From Desulfosoma sp. (GTDB lineage Bacteria > Desulfobacterota > Syntrophobacteria > Syntrophobacterales > DSM-9756): a DNA stretch of 64,000 bases. A program made the translations under genes and the position numbers. The DNA lies in assembly GCA_037481835.1 (NCBI GenBank), contig JBBFKW010000010.1, positions 64,001-128,000 of the forward strand, read 5' to 3'. The notes under the pieces were generated by a model. It was not told the origin of the DNA and did no database searches. It was given only the letters and a program-made list of their open reading frames with translations. Below, piece by piece: positions 1 through 8,451 of the stretch (positions are counted from its first letter, which is position 1; each line of letters starts with the position of its first letter).

Positions 1-1
1 T

Positions 2-1663
2 CTCGACCGCACGGCCGAGTCGCTTGAGGTGTGGGGGATTTCCGTGCGCCTCGTGGATGCGCTGTGTGAACGGGAAACCTTCGCGGAGGAAATGTCGGGA
101 GCTGCACTTGCCGATGTGGAGCGGCTCGTCATCGGCGCCTGTTCGCCCTTTTTGATCGGCGACCTTCTGGAGCAGGCTCTTTGCGATCGATCCCATCTGA
201 GGTGGACTTTGGTGGACATCAAGGACGCCGGGGATGCCCTCGCTTTAAGCGGTATCCTTAAAAGTCGCCTTCATACCCTGGATCCGTCCTTTTCCACAGC
301 GTGCAGATACCCTTCCGCCGGTCTGCCCCACGAGGCCATCCGTCCGCTCGGCGCCAAGGCCCCTCGGCGGGTTTTGGTCATCGGAGGGGGTGTTGGGGGC
401 TGTCAGGCGGCGCTGGACCTTGCGGGCATGGGCATTCCCGTAACCCTCGTGGAAGCCGAAGACTCCCTCGGGGGAAACATGGCCCGGCTGGACAAAACTT
501 TTCCCACCCTGGATTGTTCCATTTGCATCCTAGGGCCCCGGCTGGTGGACGCCGCCTCGCACCCCCATATCACGGTGCTTGCATCGAGCCGGGTGAAGAG
601 AATCAGCGGCCGGCCGGGGCATTTTCTGGCGGAAATCGAACACCGCCCCCGCTACGTGGACATGAATCTCTGTTCCGGGTGCGGGGCGTGCAGCGACGTG
701 TGCCCGGTGATCGTCCCCAGCGCCTGGAACGCCGGACTCCGGCCGCGCAAAGCCATAGGAATCGTGTTCGAACAGGCCGTGCCGCTGCGGGCGGCCATCC
801 GAAAGGACTTTTGCATTGATTGTGGCCTGTGCGAAAAGGCGTGCGAAAGGAAGGCCATCCGCCTGGCCGAGGAGCCTCAGGTGAGCCGCCTGCACACGGC
901 AGCGGTGGTCCTTGCCGAAGGGGCGCGCCTTTTCAAGGCATCGCGGCTCGGCGCCTACGGCTACGGCCGCTTTCCTGAAGTCCTCACCAACTTGGAATTC
1001 GAACGGCTCGTGTGCGCCACGGGTCCCACTCAGGGAGCCCTCATCACCCCCAGCGGGTCGAGACCTCGATCTGTGGCCTTCATTCAATGCGCCGGGTCCC
1101 GCAACCGCCGCTTCCTTCCCTACTGCTCCATCACATGCTGCACGGCGAGCATCAAGGAAGCCATCCTGGTCCTGGAGCACGAACCGGAAGCCGCCGTCAC
1201 GATTTTCTTCAACGACATTCGAACGCCTGGAAAGAGTTTTGAAGGTCTTTTTCTTCGGGCGCGCGAGAGGGGTGTGCGTTTCGTCAAGGCCCTGCCCGAC
1301 CGCGTGGAACGGGCCAAAGACGGCAAGCGACTTTCGGTGCATTATCGGGCGGCGTCCCATCCCGGAGTCCAAAGTCTGGAAGCCGATCTCGTGGTTCTCG
1401 CCGTAGGGGTGGAAGCCCCCAACGCGGACCACCGGTGGGTCTTGCGCGCACCGCCCCGGCGGGACCGTTACGGCTTCTACGAGGAAGCCTACTATTGGGG
1501 CGGCCAGATGCACAGCACCGTGCCCGGGATATTCCTCATCGGCGGGTGTCACGGCCCCCGGGATATCACCCAGACGGTGACCGAAGCCTCGGCCGCGGCG
1601 GCTCACGTGGCCAAGTGGCTTCGGCGCGTTTCGGCATCCTCGTCGGAGGGCTCGGGACCATGA
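2..1663 (+). CDS. HdrA-like FAD/[4Fe-4S] oxidoreductase (heterodisulfide reductase subunit A family), 5'-truncated by window edge
   Basis: Frame is open from the window start. HdrA motifs: 'LVIGACSP', Rossmann 'VIGGGVGG', 'LDKTFPTLDCSICIL', two CxxCxxCxxxC ferredoxin motifs, 'IQCAGSR...YCSITCC', 'GGCHGPRDI'. Stop TGA overlaps the next ATG (ATGA). Confidence 0.9.
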   Translation, partial: LDRTAESLEVWGISVRLVDALCERETFAEEMSGAALADVERLVIGACSPFLIGDLLEQALCDRSHLRWTLVDIKDAGDALALSGILKSRLHTLDPSFSTACRYPSAGLPHEAIRPLGAKAPRRVLVIGGGVGGCQAALDLAGMGIPVTLVEAEDSLGGNMARLDKTFPTLDCSICILGPRLVDAASHPHITVLASSRVKRISGRPGHFLAEIEHRPRYVDMNLCSGCGACSDVCPVIVPSAWNAGLRPRKAIGIVFEQAVPLRAAIRKDFCIDCGLCEKACERKAIRLAEEPQVSRLHTAAVVLAEGARLFKASRLGAYGYGRFPEVLTNLEFERLVCATGPTQGALITPSGSRPRSVAFIQCAGSRNRRFLPYCSITCCTASIKEAILVLEHEPEAAVTIFFNDIRTPGKSFEGLFLRARERGVRFVKALPDRVERAKDGKRLSVHYRAASHPGVQSLEADLVVLAVGVEAPNADHRWVLRAPPRRDRYGFYEEAYYWGGQMHSTVPGIFLIGGCHGPRDITQTVTEASAAAAHVAKWLRRVSASSSEGSGP

Positions 1664-2934
1664 CGCAAAAGACGTTCACGTCCCTTGTGTGCTGCGGCTG
1701 CAGCTGCCTGTGCGATGACATCGACGCCGTCATGGAGGGCGACCGGGTCGTGGAAACGGCCAACGCATGCCGATGGGGAGCGGCCCGATTCCTGGGTTTG
1801 AAGAAGTTCAGCAGGGCGCTCGTTCGAGCCCGTGTCCAAAGCAGCCGGAGGCGTCCGGATGCTCGGGGACGGCTTGATGTCTCCTGTGCGGAAGCCGTCT
1901 CGGTGTGCCGAGATTACCTGTTTTCCGCACGGCGCGTGGTGGCCTACGGGCTGGGCCAAATGTCCATCGAAGCCCTACAGATTCTCATGGCGGGCCTCCG
2001 GGATCGTGAAACCATGTGGATTCCCTCGGACGGTCCCCTTCTTCAAGCCTTCGTGGAAACCTACAGCCGGCATGGCCCGGCCCTCACCAACCTGGAATGC
2101 GTCCGAAACCAGGCTGACCTGGTGGTCTTCTGGGGCGCCAATCCTGTGCGAAGCACGCCGCGCCTTTTGAGCCGCTACGCCCTTTTCCCCCGAGGGCGCT
2201 TTACCGAAAGGGGCGCCGAGGACCGCAAGGCCTGGACTGTGGATATCCAGACGACGGAAATGGAACGGGTCACTCAAATGGTGACCATCCCTCCGGATCA
2301 GGAAAAGGCCTGTATCCAGGCGCTGCGCCGAGCTTACCGCGGCCTGCCCCTGGAAGCCCCGCCCGGAGTTTCCGCTAAAACCTTGTCCATGCTGCTTGGA
2401 GACGTGGAAAAGAGTCGATACCGCGTTTTTTTCTTCGGCCGAGGCCCCCTGTATCACGCGGGCGGGGATGCCGTGCTGGACGAACTGGCGTCCTGGGTCA
2501 CGGAACTGGGCGCCTCCGCCCCAACCTTCCTCATGCCTGTGCCGGGAGACTTCAACAGCATGGGGTTTCTCCAGGTTTTCCTGAGTGGCGGCGGCCTGGC
2601 CGATCCGCTGTGGCGCGTGCAGGGGGATGTGCACGGCTGGGAGCCCCGAACCGGAGATGTTCTGCTCGCCTTGTCCGGCGATTGTTTCTGGTTTTTGACG
2701 GATGATCAAAAGCGCGCCGTCCGTAAGCACCGGATTCCCGTCGTGGCTCTATCGGCCCACGAAACCATGACGACGGCGGAAGCGGACGTGGTTGCGGCCG
2801 TGGGGCTCCAAGGACTGGACGTCACGGGCCGGGCGTCACGGCTGGACGGCGTCACCCTTTGTGCGGAAAAGTTGTGGGACGGGACAGCGGCATCCGACGC
2901 CGCCGTCGTCCGGGATTTGTTCGAACTTATGTGA
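1660..2934 (+). CDS. Formylmethanofuran dehydrogenase subunit B-like protein (FwdB/FhcB family), catalytic motif degenerate
   Basis: ATG 1660 with GGAGG upstream. N-terminal 'CCGCSCLCDDI...NACRWG', 'NLECVRNQADLVVFWGANP', 'PRLLSRY..FPRGRF' and C-terminal 'GRASRLDGV' match FwdB family motifs. Confidence 0.85.
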   Translation: MTQKTFTSLVCCGCSCLCDDIDAVMEGDRVVETANACRWGAARFLGLKKFSRALVRARVQSSRRRPDARGRLDVSCAEAVSVCRDYLFSARRVVAYGLGQMSIEALQILMAGLRDRETMWIPSDGPLLQAFVETYSRHGPALTNLECVRNQADLVVFWGANPVRSTPRLLSRYALFPRGRFTERGAEDRKAWTVDIQTTEMERVTQMVTIPPDQEKACIQALRRAYRGLPLEAPPGVSAKTLSMLLGDVEKSRYRVFFFGRGPLYHAGGDAVLDELASWVTELGASAPTFLMPVPGDFNSMGFLQVFLSGGGLADPLWRVQGDVHGWEPRTGDVLLALSGDCFWFLTDDQKRAVRKHRIPVVALSAHETMTTAEADVVAAVGLQGLDVTGRASRLDGVTLCAEKLWDGTAASDAAVVRDLFELM

Positions 2935-2947
2935 GCCTTAGGACCCC

Positions 2948-4342
2948 ATGCGGCCGAAAACCCTGCTCCTTCAATCCGGCACCGTTTTCGACCCCGTCAC
3001 GGGGTGCGAGGGCACGAGGCGGGATATCGCCGTGTGCGGGGAGACGATCGTCTCCATGGAACACGTTTCGGACGTGGACGAGATCGTGGACGTCTCCGGC
3101 ATGCTGGTCACCGCGGCGGCTGTGGACTGCGCCGCCCACGTGGCCTTTCCCGGGGTGTGGGGTCTTCGCGCCGCGGGGCTCTTTCCGGATGCGCAAACCA
3201 TCGCGCGCCGCTACGCCGAAAGAGGATTCGCCCACGTGCACGAAAGTTGGGCACCCCTTGTGGACTGGGGAACGGTGCAGGCCGAGTGGGACCGGATCCC
3301 CGGCCCGGACGTCTCCGTCGGGTTGTTGCTCCCCCTCTATGATCTGACGGCGGCCATGGACGCTCAGGACGTGACGGTCGCCCACAGCGTCCTGTGGCAT
3401 TTTCACGCCCTCTTGGGAATTCGCGGGTTCTACCTTCCCGAGCCGCGCGTGCGCTTTCGCGATGAAGTGTACAAACACCGGGAAAAAGCGGCAGAGGAGG
3501 TGCTGCCGTTTCTGAAAGCGGCGTGGGAAGGACTGCCGGGGCCCATGGTCCTCCCAGCCCGGTCCCTCAACGCGGAAGATCGTGCCGCTTTGCCTTCCGG
3601 AGCGCACGTGCAACGCGTTACGGACTTGAACGACAGGGAAGCCGGGGGGTCTCTTTCGGCTTTGCTCGAAACGGTGCGTCCGGATCTGAGTGCAGACTTG
3701 GGACTTTCATGGCCGGAAAAGAGCGTGGAGCTCACCTGGGCGGCGCCCGCCGGCGGCATCGGAGGTCGCCTCTGGGATGTGGGGGCTTTTCTCATGCTCA
3801 AGGCGGCACCGGTTCCCAACGAGGATTTTCGCAACGACGCGGAGACGGTCCAAGTCCTGTCGCAGGGGATCGCCGAAGGCTGGGCCTTGTCGTGCCGGCA
3901 TGCCAATCTGGCTCTTGTGGAGGACTGGGAAGGGCTGATTCGGGCATTCTTGGAGGTGTGGACCGTTCGGCAATGGCTCCTGACGACCCGCGCCCATGCC
4001 GCGAAGGCGCTGGGTTTTTCGGATCGAGGCCATCTTGGGCCGGGAGCCCGGGCCAACCTGGCCCTATACCCGGAACCGGCGGACGAGACGCCTGCAGCGT
4101 GGGCGAAAGCCTTGAGCCGATGCCTCCGCCTCTACGTGGGCGGGCGCGAAGTTTACGACGCCCGGCTAGGCGGTTTGAAGCCCTCGGCCCGCATCGGTCG
4201 CGCGCGCGAAACGGCGAAAGCGGCCGCCGATTTGGGGGTGCTCGCCCTTTTTTCGGACGGATTGAGTCTTCGGCCGGAAAGCCTCCGGCGCCTTGCGCCC
4301 AGGGTTGAAGGAGCCATAGGGCATGATTCGCAAGATTCTTGA
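2948..4342 (+). CDS. Formylmethanofuran dehydrogenase subunit A-like amidohydrolase-fold protein, metal ligands degenerate
   Basis: N-terminal 'GTVFDPVTGCEGTRRDIAV...VDVSGMLV' and C-terminal 'TTRAHAAKALGFSDRGHLGPGARANLALY' are FwdA/amidohydrolase signatures. It directly follows the fwdB-like gene. Confidence 0.75.
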   Translation: MRPKTLLLQSGTVFDPVTGCEGTRRDIAVCGETIVSMEHVSDVDEIVDVSGMLVTAAAVDCAAHVAFPGVWGLRAAGLFPDAQTIARRYAERGFAHVHESWAPLVDWGTVQAEWDRIPGPDVSVGLLLPLYDLTAAMDAQDVTVAHSVLWHFHALLGIRGFYLPEPRVRFRDEVYKHREKAAEEVLPFLKAAWEGLPGPMVLPARSLNAEDRAALPSGAHVQRVTDLNDREAGGSLSALLETVRPDLSADLGLSWPEKSVELTWAAPAGGIGGRLWDVGAFLMLKAAPVPNEDFRNDAETVQVLSQGIAEGWALSCRHANLALVEDWEGLIRAFLEVWTVRQWLLTTRAHAAKALGFSDRGHLGPGARANLALYPEPADETPAAWAKALSRCLRLYVGGREVYDARLGGLKPSARIGRARETAKAAADLGVLALFSDGLSLRPESLRRLAPRVEGAIGHDSQDS

Positions 4343-4772
4343 GCACCTGCCCAAAACGGACTGCGGGATGTGCGGGATGACCTGCGCCGATTTCGCAGGT
4401 TTTCTCCTTTCCGGAGACCTCAGCCCGCAGGACTGTCCCGTGCTTCAAGAGGATGCCTATGCGGCCCAGAGGGAGGCCCTGGCGACCCTTTTGGAAAGCC
4501 TCGCGGCGCGCGCCAAATCCGGCCATCTTCTGGATCCGGACAAGTGCACCGGATGCGGCATTTGCCTCATTGTGTGCGAATACCACGTGGCCAACGACCC
4601 TGAAAGCCGCCGCGGCAAAGGGCCGAACAAAGACGCCAAGGTGGTCCTTCGCATCGTCAACGGTCGGGTGGTTTTAGCCGATGAAACCCTGTGCACCCGA
4701 TTGTTGCAGGCGGCGGACAAATGCAGCAAATGCCAAGACCATTGCCCCACCCAGGCCATCGTGCTCATCTGA
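4323..4772 (+). CDS. FwdG-like ferredoxin with N-terminal RnfB-type Fe-S domain
   Basis: 'LPKTDCGMCGMTC...CP' Fe-S domain, then 'CTGCGICLIVC...GKGP...VLRIVNG...C..C..C...CP'. The GKGP insert is typical of FwdG. Confidence 0.75.
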   Translation: MIRKILEHLPKTDCGMCGMTCADFAGFLLSGDLSPQDCPVLQEDAYAAQREALATLLESLAARAKSGHLLDPDKCTGCGICLIVCEYHVANDPESRRGKGPNKDAKVVLRIVNGRVVLADETLCTRLLQAADKCSKCQDHCPTQAIVLI

Positions 4773-4787
4773 AAACTGGGAGCGAGT

Positions 4788-5273
4788 ATGGAAAACACCT
4801 CCTCCGAAATCCCTCTCCTTCAGGGCGATGCCGGTTTTGCCCAAGAAGTCGCGGCGGGTCCCGGCGGGGACACCCTGCCCTTGTGCTATCAGTGCGGGAC
4901 GTGCACGGGCTGCTGCCCTGTGGGGGCGGTGGATGAAGGGTTCAGCCCGGCCCTGATCATCCAGTGGATCCGGCTGGGACTTCGCGAGCGGGTTCTCGGC
5001 TCACCCAAGATATGGCTGTGCCTCCAATGCCATCGGTGTTCCTTCTCATGCCCGCAAGGCGTGCGATTTGCGGACATCAACGGCACGCTTCGACACATGG
5101 CCGTTCGGGAAGGGTTCGTGGATGCCGCGAAGGCGCAAGAGTTTGCGGCTCTGGAGAGGGATCTCAGCGCCTTGCGCTGCGCCGTTTTGGACCGGGCGAT
5201 GCGAGAGGCCCCCAACGCAGCGCTCTCCACGGAGGAACTCGTCCGGGAGGCCCTGAGGGACCTCCATGGCTAG
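4788..5273 (+). CDS. HdrC-like 2x[4Fe-4S] protein
   Basis: 'CYQCGTCTGCCP' and 'IWLCLQCHRCSFSCPQGV'. Confidence 0.85.
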   Translation: MENTSSEIPLLQGDAGFAQEVAAGPGGDTLPLCYQCGTCTGCCPVGAVDEGFSPALIIQWIRLGLRERVLGSPKIWLCLQCHRCSFSCPQGVRFADINGTLRHMAVREGFVDAAKAQEFAALERDLSALRCAVLDRAMREAPNAALSTEELVREALRDLHG

Positions 5274-8200
5274 CGGTCTTCGCCGAAAAGAAAGTCCGTG
5301 CGGGGACCCGCTGCAGACGATCGTCGTCGTGGGCGGTGGTGTGGCGGGAATGCACGCGGCCCTGCAGGCCGCCGACCTGGGACACCCCGTGGTGGTGCTG
5401 GAAAGGGACTTGGCCCTGGGCGGACACATGGCCCAGCTGGACAAGACCTACCCCACGCTGGACTGTTCCCTGTGCATCTTGTCGCCTCGGCTTCTCGCTT
5501 TCGGCCGGCACCCGAGGATTCGCGTGCTCGTGCGGGCTCGGCTGGAAAACGTGGAAGGCTGCGCCGGCTCCTTCGTCTGCACCGTCACCCAGGAACCCGC
5601 TTCCGTCAATGCGGAAAAGTGTATCGGGTGCGGCTCCTGCGCTCGAGCCTGCCCCGTGGAACAGCCCGATCCTTTCAATCTCGATCTCGGCCCGACCAAA
5701 GCCATCCGGACCCTCTACCCCCAGGCCTTTCCTTCCACGCACGCCATAGACCGCCGATACTGCCTGCATTTTCAGGGGAAAGACTGCCGCCGCTGCGCGG
5801 AAGTCTGCCCCACGGGGGCCATCGACTTTGAAGAGCGGCCTCACGTCATGGAACTGGAAGCAGGGGCCGTGATTCTGGCCGGAGGGTTCGATCTTCTCGA
5901 CCGTCGATTCATCGCTCATCCCCATTGGTTCGATTCCCCGCACGTGGTGACCAACCTGGCCTTGGAACGGTATCTCAGCGCCACGGGTCCCACACGCGGG
6001 GTGGTACATCCCCGGGGCCTGATCGCACCACCCCGGCATATCGTCTTCGCCCAGTGCGTGGGATCCAGGGATCCGGTCCACGGCGTCCCGTATTGTTCGG
6101 GGTATTGCTGCACCGCGGCTCTGAAACATATCCAACTCACGGCCGCTCTGCCCCACGTGGAGCGCATCACCCTGTGCGCCATGGACGTGCGGGCCCACGG
6201 CCGGGACTGCGAACCCTTCTTCCGCCGGGTGCAGGCCATGGACAAGGTCCGCCTCCTCCACGGCCGGGTGGCGGACATCGTCCCCTTGGGCACGGACCGC
6301 GGGGTGGAGGTTTTGGCGTCACACGGCGGCAAACCGCTGAGGATGGAAGCGGACCTGGTCGTCTTGGCCATGGGCATGCGCCCGTCCGCGGAGGCCCTTC
6401 GGATCGCCAAGGCTCTGGGACTGCAGACGGATCCCTTCGGGTTCGTTCGGATCAAGGAACATCACACGGTGCACACGTCCCGGGACGGGGTCTATGCCTG
6501 CGGGGCCTTCATGGGGCCCAAGAGTATCCCGTCCACGGTTCAGGAAGCCTGCGCGGCGGCCATCGCCGCCAGCGCCCGATTGACGATCCGGCCCGAAGCC
6601 TCCCTCAGCGATGTTCCCGCCACGGCTCCATCTCCCGCCCCCCAAGCCTCCGTCGCCAAAACTATCCAAGAACCCGACGGGCCCGCGCCGCGTGGGGCGT
6701 CCCAAACCGCCCTTCGGATCGGGGTCTTCGTCTGCCGGTGCGGCACGAACATCGCCGGGGTCATCGATACGGCCGAGGTGGCCCGATGGGTGAAAAAGCT
6801 TCCCGATGTGGCCTACGCCGCCGAAAATCTTTTTTCCTGTTCCACGGACGCCACCACCCGCATGGCCCGCATCATCCGGGAAAAGGGCCTGAACCGCATC
6901 GTCGTGGCGGCTTGTTCGCCGCGAAGCCATCTCCCGGTCTTTCAAGAGGTCTTGGCCAAGGCGGGGCTTCCCCCCGGATACATCCGCATGGTCAACATCC
7001 GGGAACAATGTTCCTGGGTGCATCCGGATAAACCCCACGAGGCCCTGGTGAAGGCCAAGGCGCTCCTCGCCGGCACCCTGGCCCATGTTCGCGCCGCCTG
7101 GGCTGCTCCCCCCATGGCCTTCCCCGTAACGCCGTCGGCCCTCGTGCTGGGAAGCAGCGTCGCAGCCCTGACGGCCGCCCTGCGCCTCGCGGACAACGGG
7201 ATTCGGGTTCTTGTGGCGGAATCCGGAGACACCTTCGGGGGGCGGCTGTCCCAAGCCTATTTCGGACGGCCGGAAGTGAACGTCAACCGGCTCTATCGCC
7301 ATTTCCTCAGCCGCATTCGAACCCAACCGCTCCTGCGCGTGCTCATGCACACCGAACTTGCAGACTGCCGGGGAAGCCTGGGACGTTTTCATGTGGAACT
7401 TCGGCAGCGGCGTCCAGGGGCTGCATCCGCCGCCGAGCGCATTGAAGAAACCGTAGGGGCCATCCTCATCGCCGTAGGGGCCGATGTCTGGAAACCGGAC
7501 AACCTCTACGGGTATGGGCACAGCCCCTTGGTGCTGACCCAAGCCGAACTCGCAACGGCGCTGGAACGCGGGACCGTGGATCTCGCCCGGGCCCGCACCG
7601 TTTTCATGATCCAGTGCGTGGGATCCCGAAACGACGAACGCCCCTACTGCAGCCGCTCATGCTGCCAGCAGGCCGTCTCCCATGCTTTGGAACTCAAGGA
7701 CCACTTCCCGCACCTTCAAATCACCATCGTCCATCGGGATATGCGCACCTACGGGCTGGCGGAAATCACTTATCAAAAAGCGCGGCAAGCGGGGATCCGG
7801 TTCCTGCGCTACGACGAAAAACAGCCGCCCCGGGTGGAACCCACCCGATTCGGTCGACGCTCCACCCTGGATATCCGGTGGGACGATCCCGACACCGGCG
7901 ATTTTTTCCACGAACGCGCCGATCTCCTGGTTTTGAGCACCGCGACGGTGCCCAGCCCGGAAAACCGGCACCTCGCCTCAATCCTTCGGGTGCCGCTCAG
8001 CGCCGATGGCTTTTTCTTGGAACGACACGTCAAGCTCGCCCCGGTGGAAACGGCCGTAGAGGGCATTTTCATCGCCGGTCAGTGCCATTCCCCGAAGACC
8101 ATCACAGAGGCCTTGGTCCAAGGCGATGCGGCGGCGGCCAAGATGCTGGCGGTCCTCCGACAAGGGAGCGTGCGCCGGGCCGCCTTCGTGGCGGTCATCG

Positions 8201-8412
8201 ATCCCGGCCGGTGTTCGCGATGCTTGAGCTGTGCAGCGGTCTGCCCCGCACAGGCCGTAACGGTTCCGGCAGTGGGGCCGCTCCGAGTGGACCCCGGGGC
8301 GTGCCAAGGCTGCGGCCTGTGCGCGGCCGAATGCCCCGCCCGAGCCATCGATGTGGCCGGAGCCGAAGAGGCCGGCTTACTCGGAGGGATGCCGTCCGTC
8401 TTTTGCGCCTGA
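5266..8412 (+). CDS. Large double-module HdrA-like flavo/Fe-S protein (1048 aa)
   Basis: Module 1: 'VVGGGVAG', 'DKTYPTLDCSLC', ferredoxin insert, 'QCVGSRD..YCSGYCC'. Module 2: 'IGVFVCRCGTNIAG', 'VAACSP', 'NIREQCSWVH', 'QCVGSR..YCSRSCC'. C-terminal 2x[4Fe-4S]. Confidence 0.9.
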   Translation: MASGLRRKESPCGDPLQTIVVVGGGVAGMHAALQAADLGHPVVVLERDLALGGHMAQLDKTYPTLDCSLCILSPRLLAFGRHPRIRVLVRARLENVEGCAGSFVCTVTQEPASVNAEKCIGCGSCARACPVEQPDPFNLDLGPTKAIRTLYPQAFPSTHAIDRRYCLHFQGKDCRRCAEVCPTGAIDFEERPHVMELEAGAVILAGGFDLLDRRFIAHPHWFDSPHVVTNLALERYLSATGPTRGVVHPRGLIAPPRHIVFAQCVGSRDPVHGVPYCSGYCCTAALKHIQLTAALPHVERITLCAMDVRAHGRDCEPFFRRVQAMDKVRLLHGRVADIVPLGTDRGVEVLASHGGKPLRMEADLVVLAMGMRPSAEALRIAKALGLQTDPFGFVRIKEHHTVHTSRDGVYACGAFMGPKSIPSTVQEACAAAIAASARLTIRPEASLSDVPATAPSPAPQASVAKTIQEPDGPAPRGASQTALRIGVFVCRCGTNIAGVIDTAEVARWVKKLPDVAYAAENLFSCSTDATTRMARIIREKGLNRIVVAACSPRSHLPVFQEVLAKAGLPPGYIRMVNIREQCSWVHPDKPHEALVKAKALLAGTLAHVRAAWAAPPMAFPVTPSALVLGSSVAALTAALRLADNGIRVLVAESGDTFGGRLSQAYFGRPEVNVNRLYRHFLSRIRTQPLLRVLMHTELADCRGSLGRFHVELRQRRPGAASAAERIEETVGAILIAVGADVWKPDNLYGYGHSPLVLTQAELATALERGTVDLARARTVFMIQCVGSRNDERPYCSRSCCQQAVSHALELKDHFPHLQITIVHRDMRTYGLAEITYQKARQAGIRFLRYDEKQPPRVEPTRFGRRSTLDIRWDDPDTGDFFHERADLLVLSTATVPSPENRHLASILRVPLSADGFFLERHVKLAPVETAVEGIFIAGQCHSPKTITEALVQGDAAAAKMLAVLRQGSVRRAAFVAVIDPGRCSRCLSCAAVCPAQAVTVPAVGPLRVDPGACQGCGLCAAECPARAIDVAGAEEAGLLGGMPSVFCA

Positions 8413-8451
8413 AGATACGGTTTGCACCAAAACGCATGCAAGGAGCCGACG

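Noticed and set aside
1435..1659. Longer upstream starts in the ORF track (fwdB-like 1435, regulator 17838, RRM 24724, argD 60241, mog 53520)
   Set aside because: The extensions overlap neighbouring genes or intergenic leaders and show no family motifs; downstream starts with an RBS or ATGA coupling fit better.
2..8412. Selenocysteine recoding in the HdrA or FwdB-like genes
   Set aside because: No in-frame TGA; the HdrA positions that can be Sec are Cys codons.
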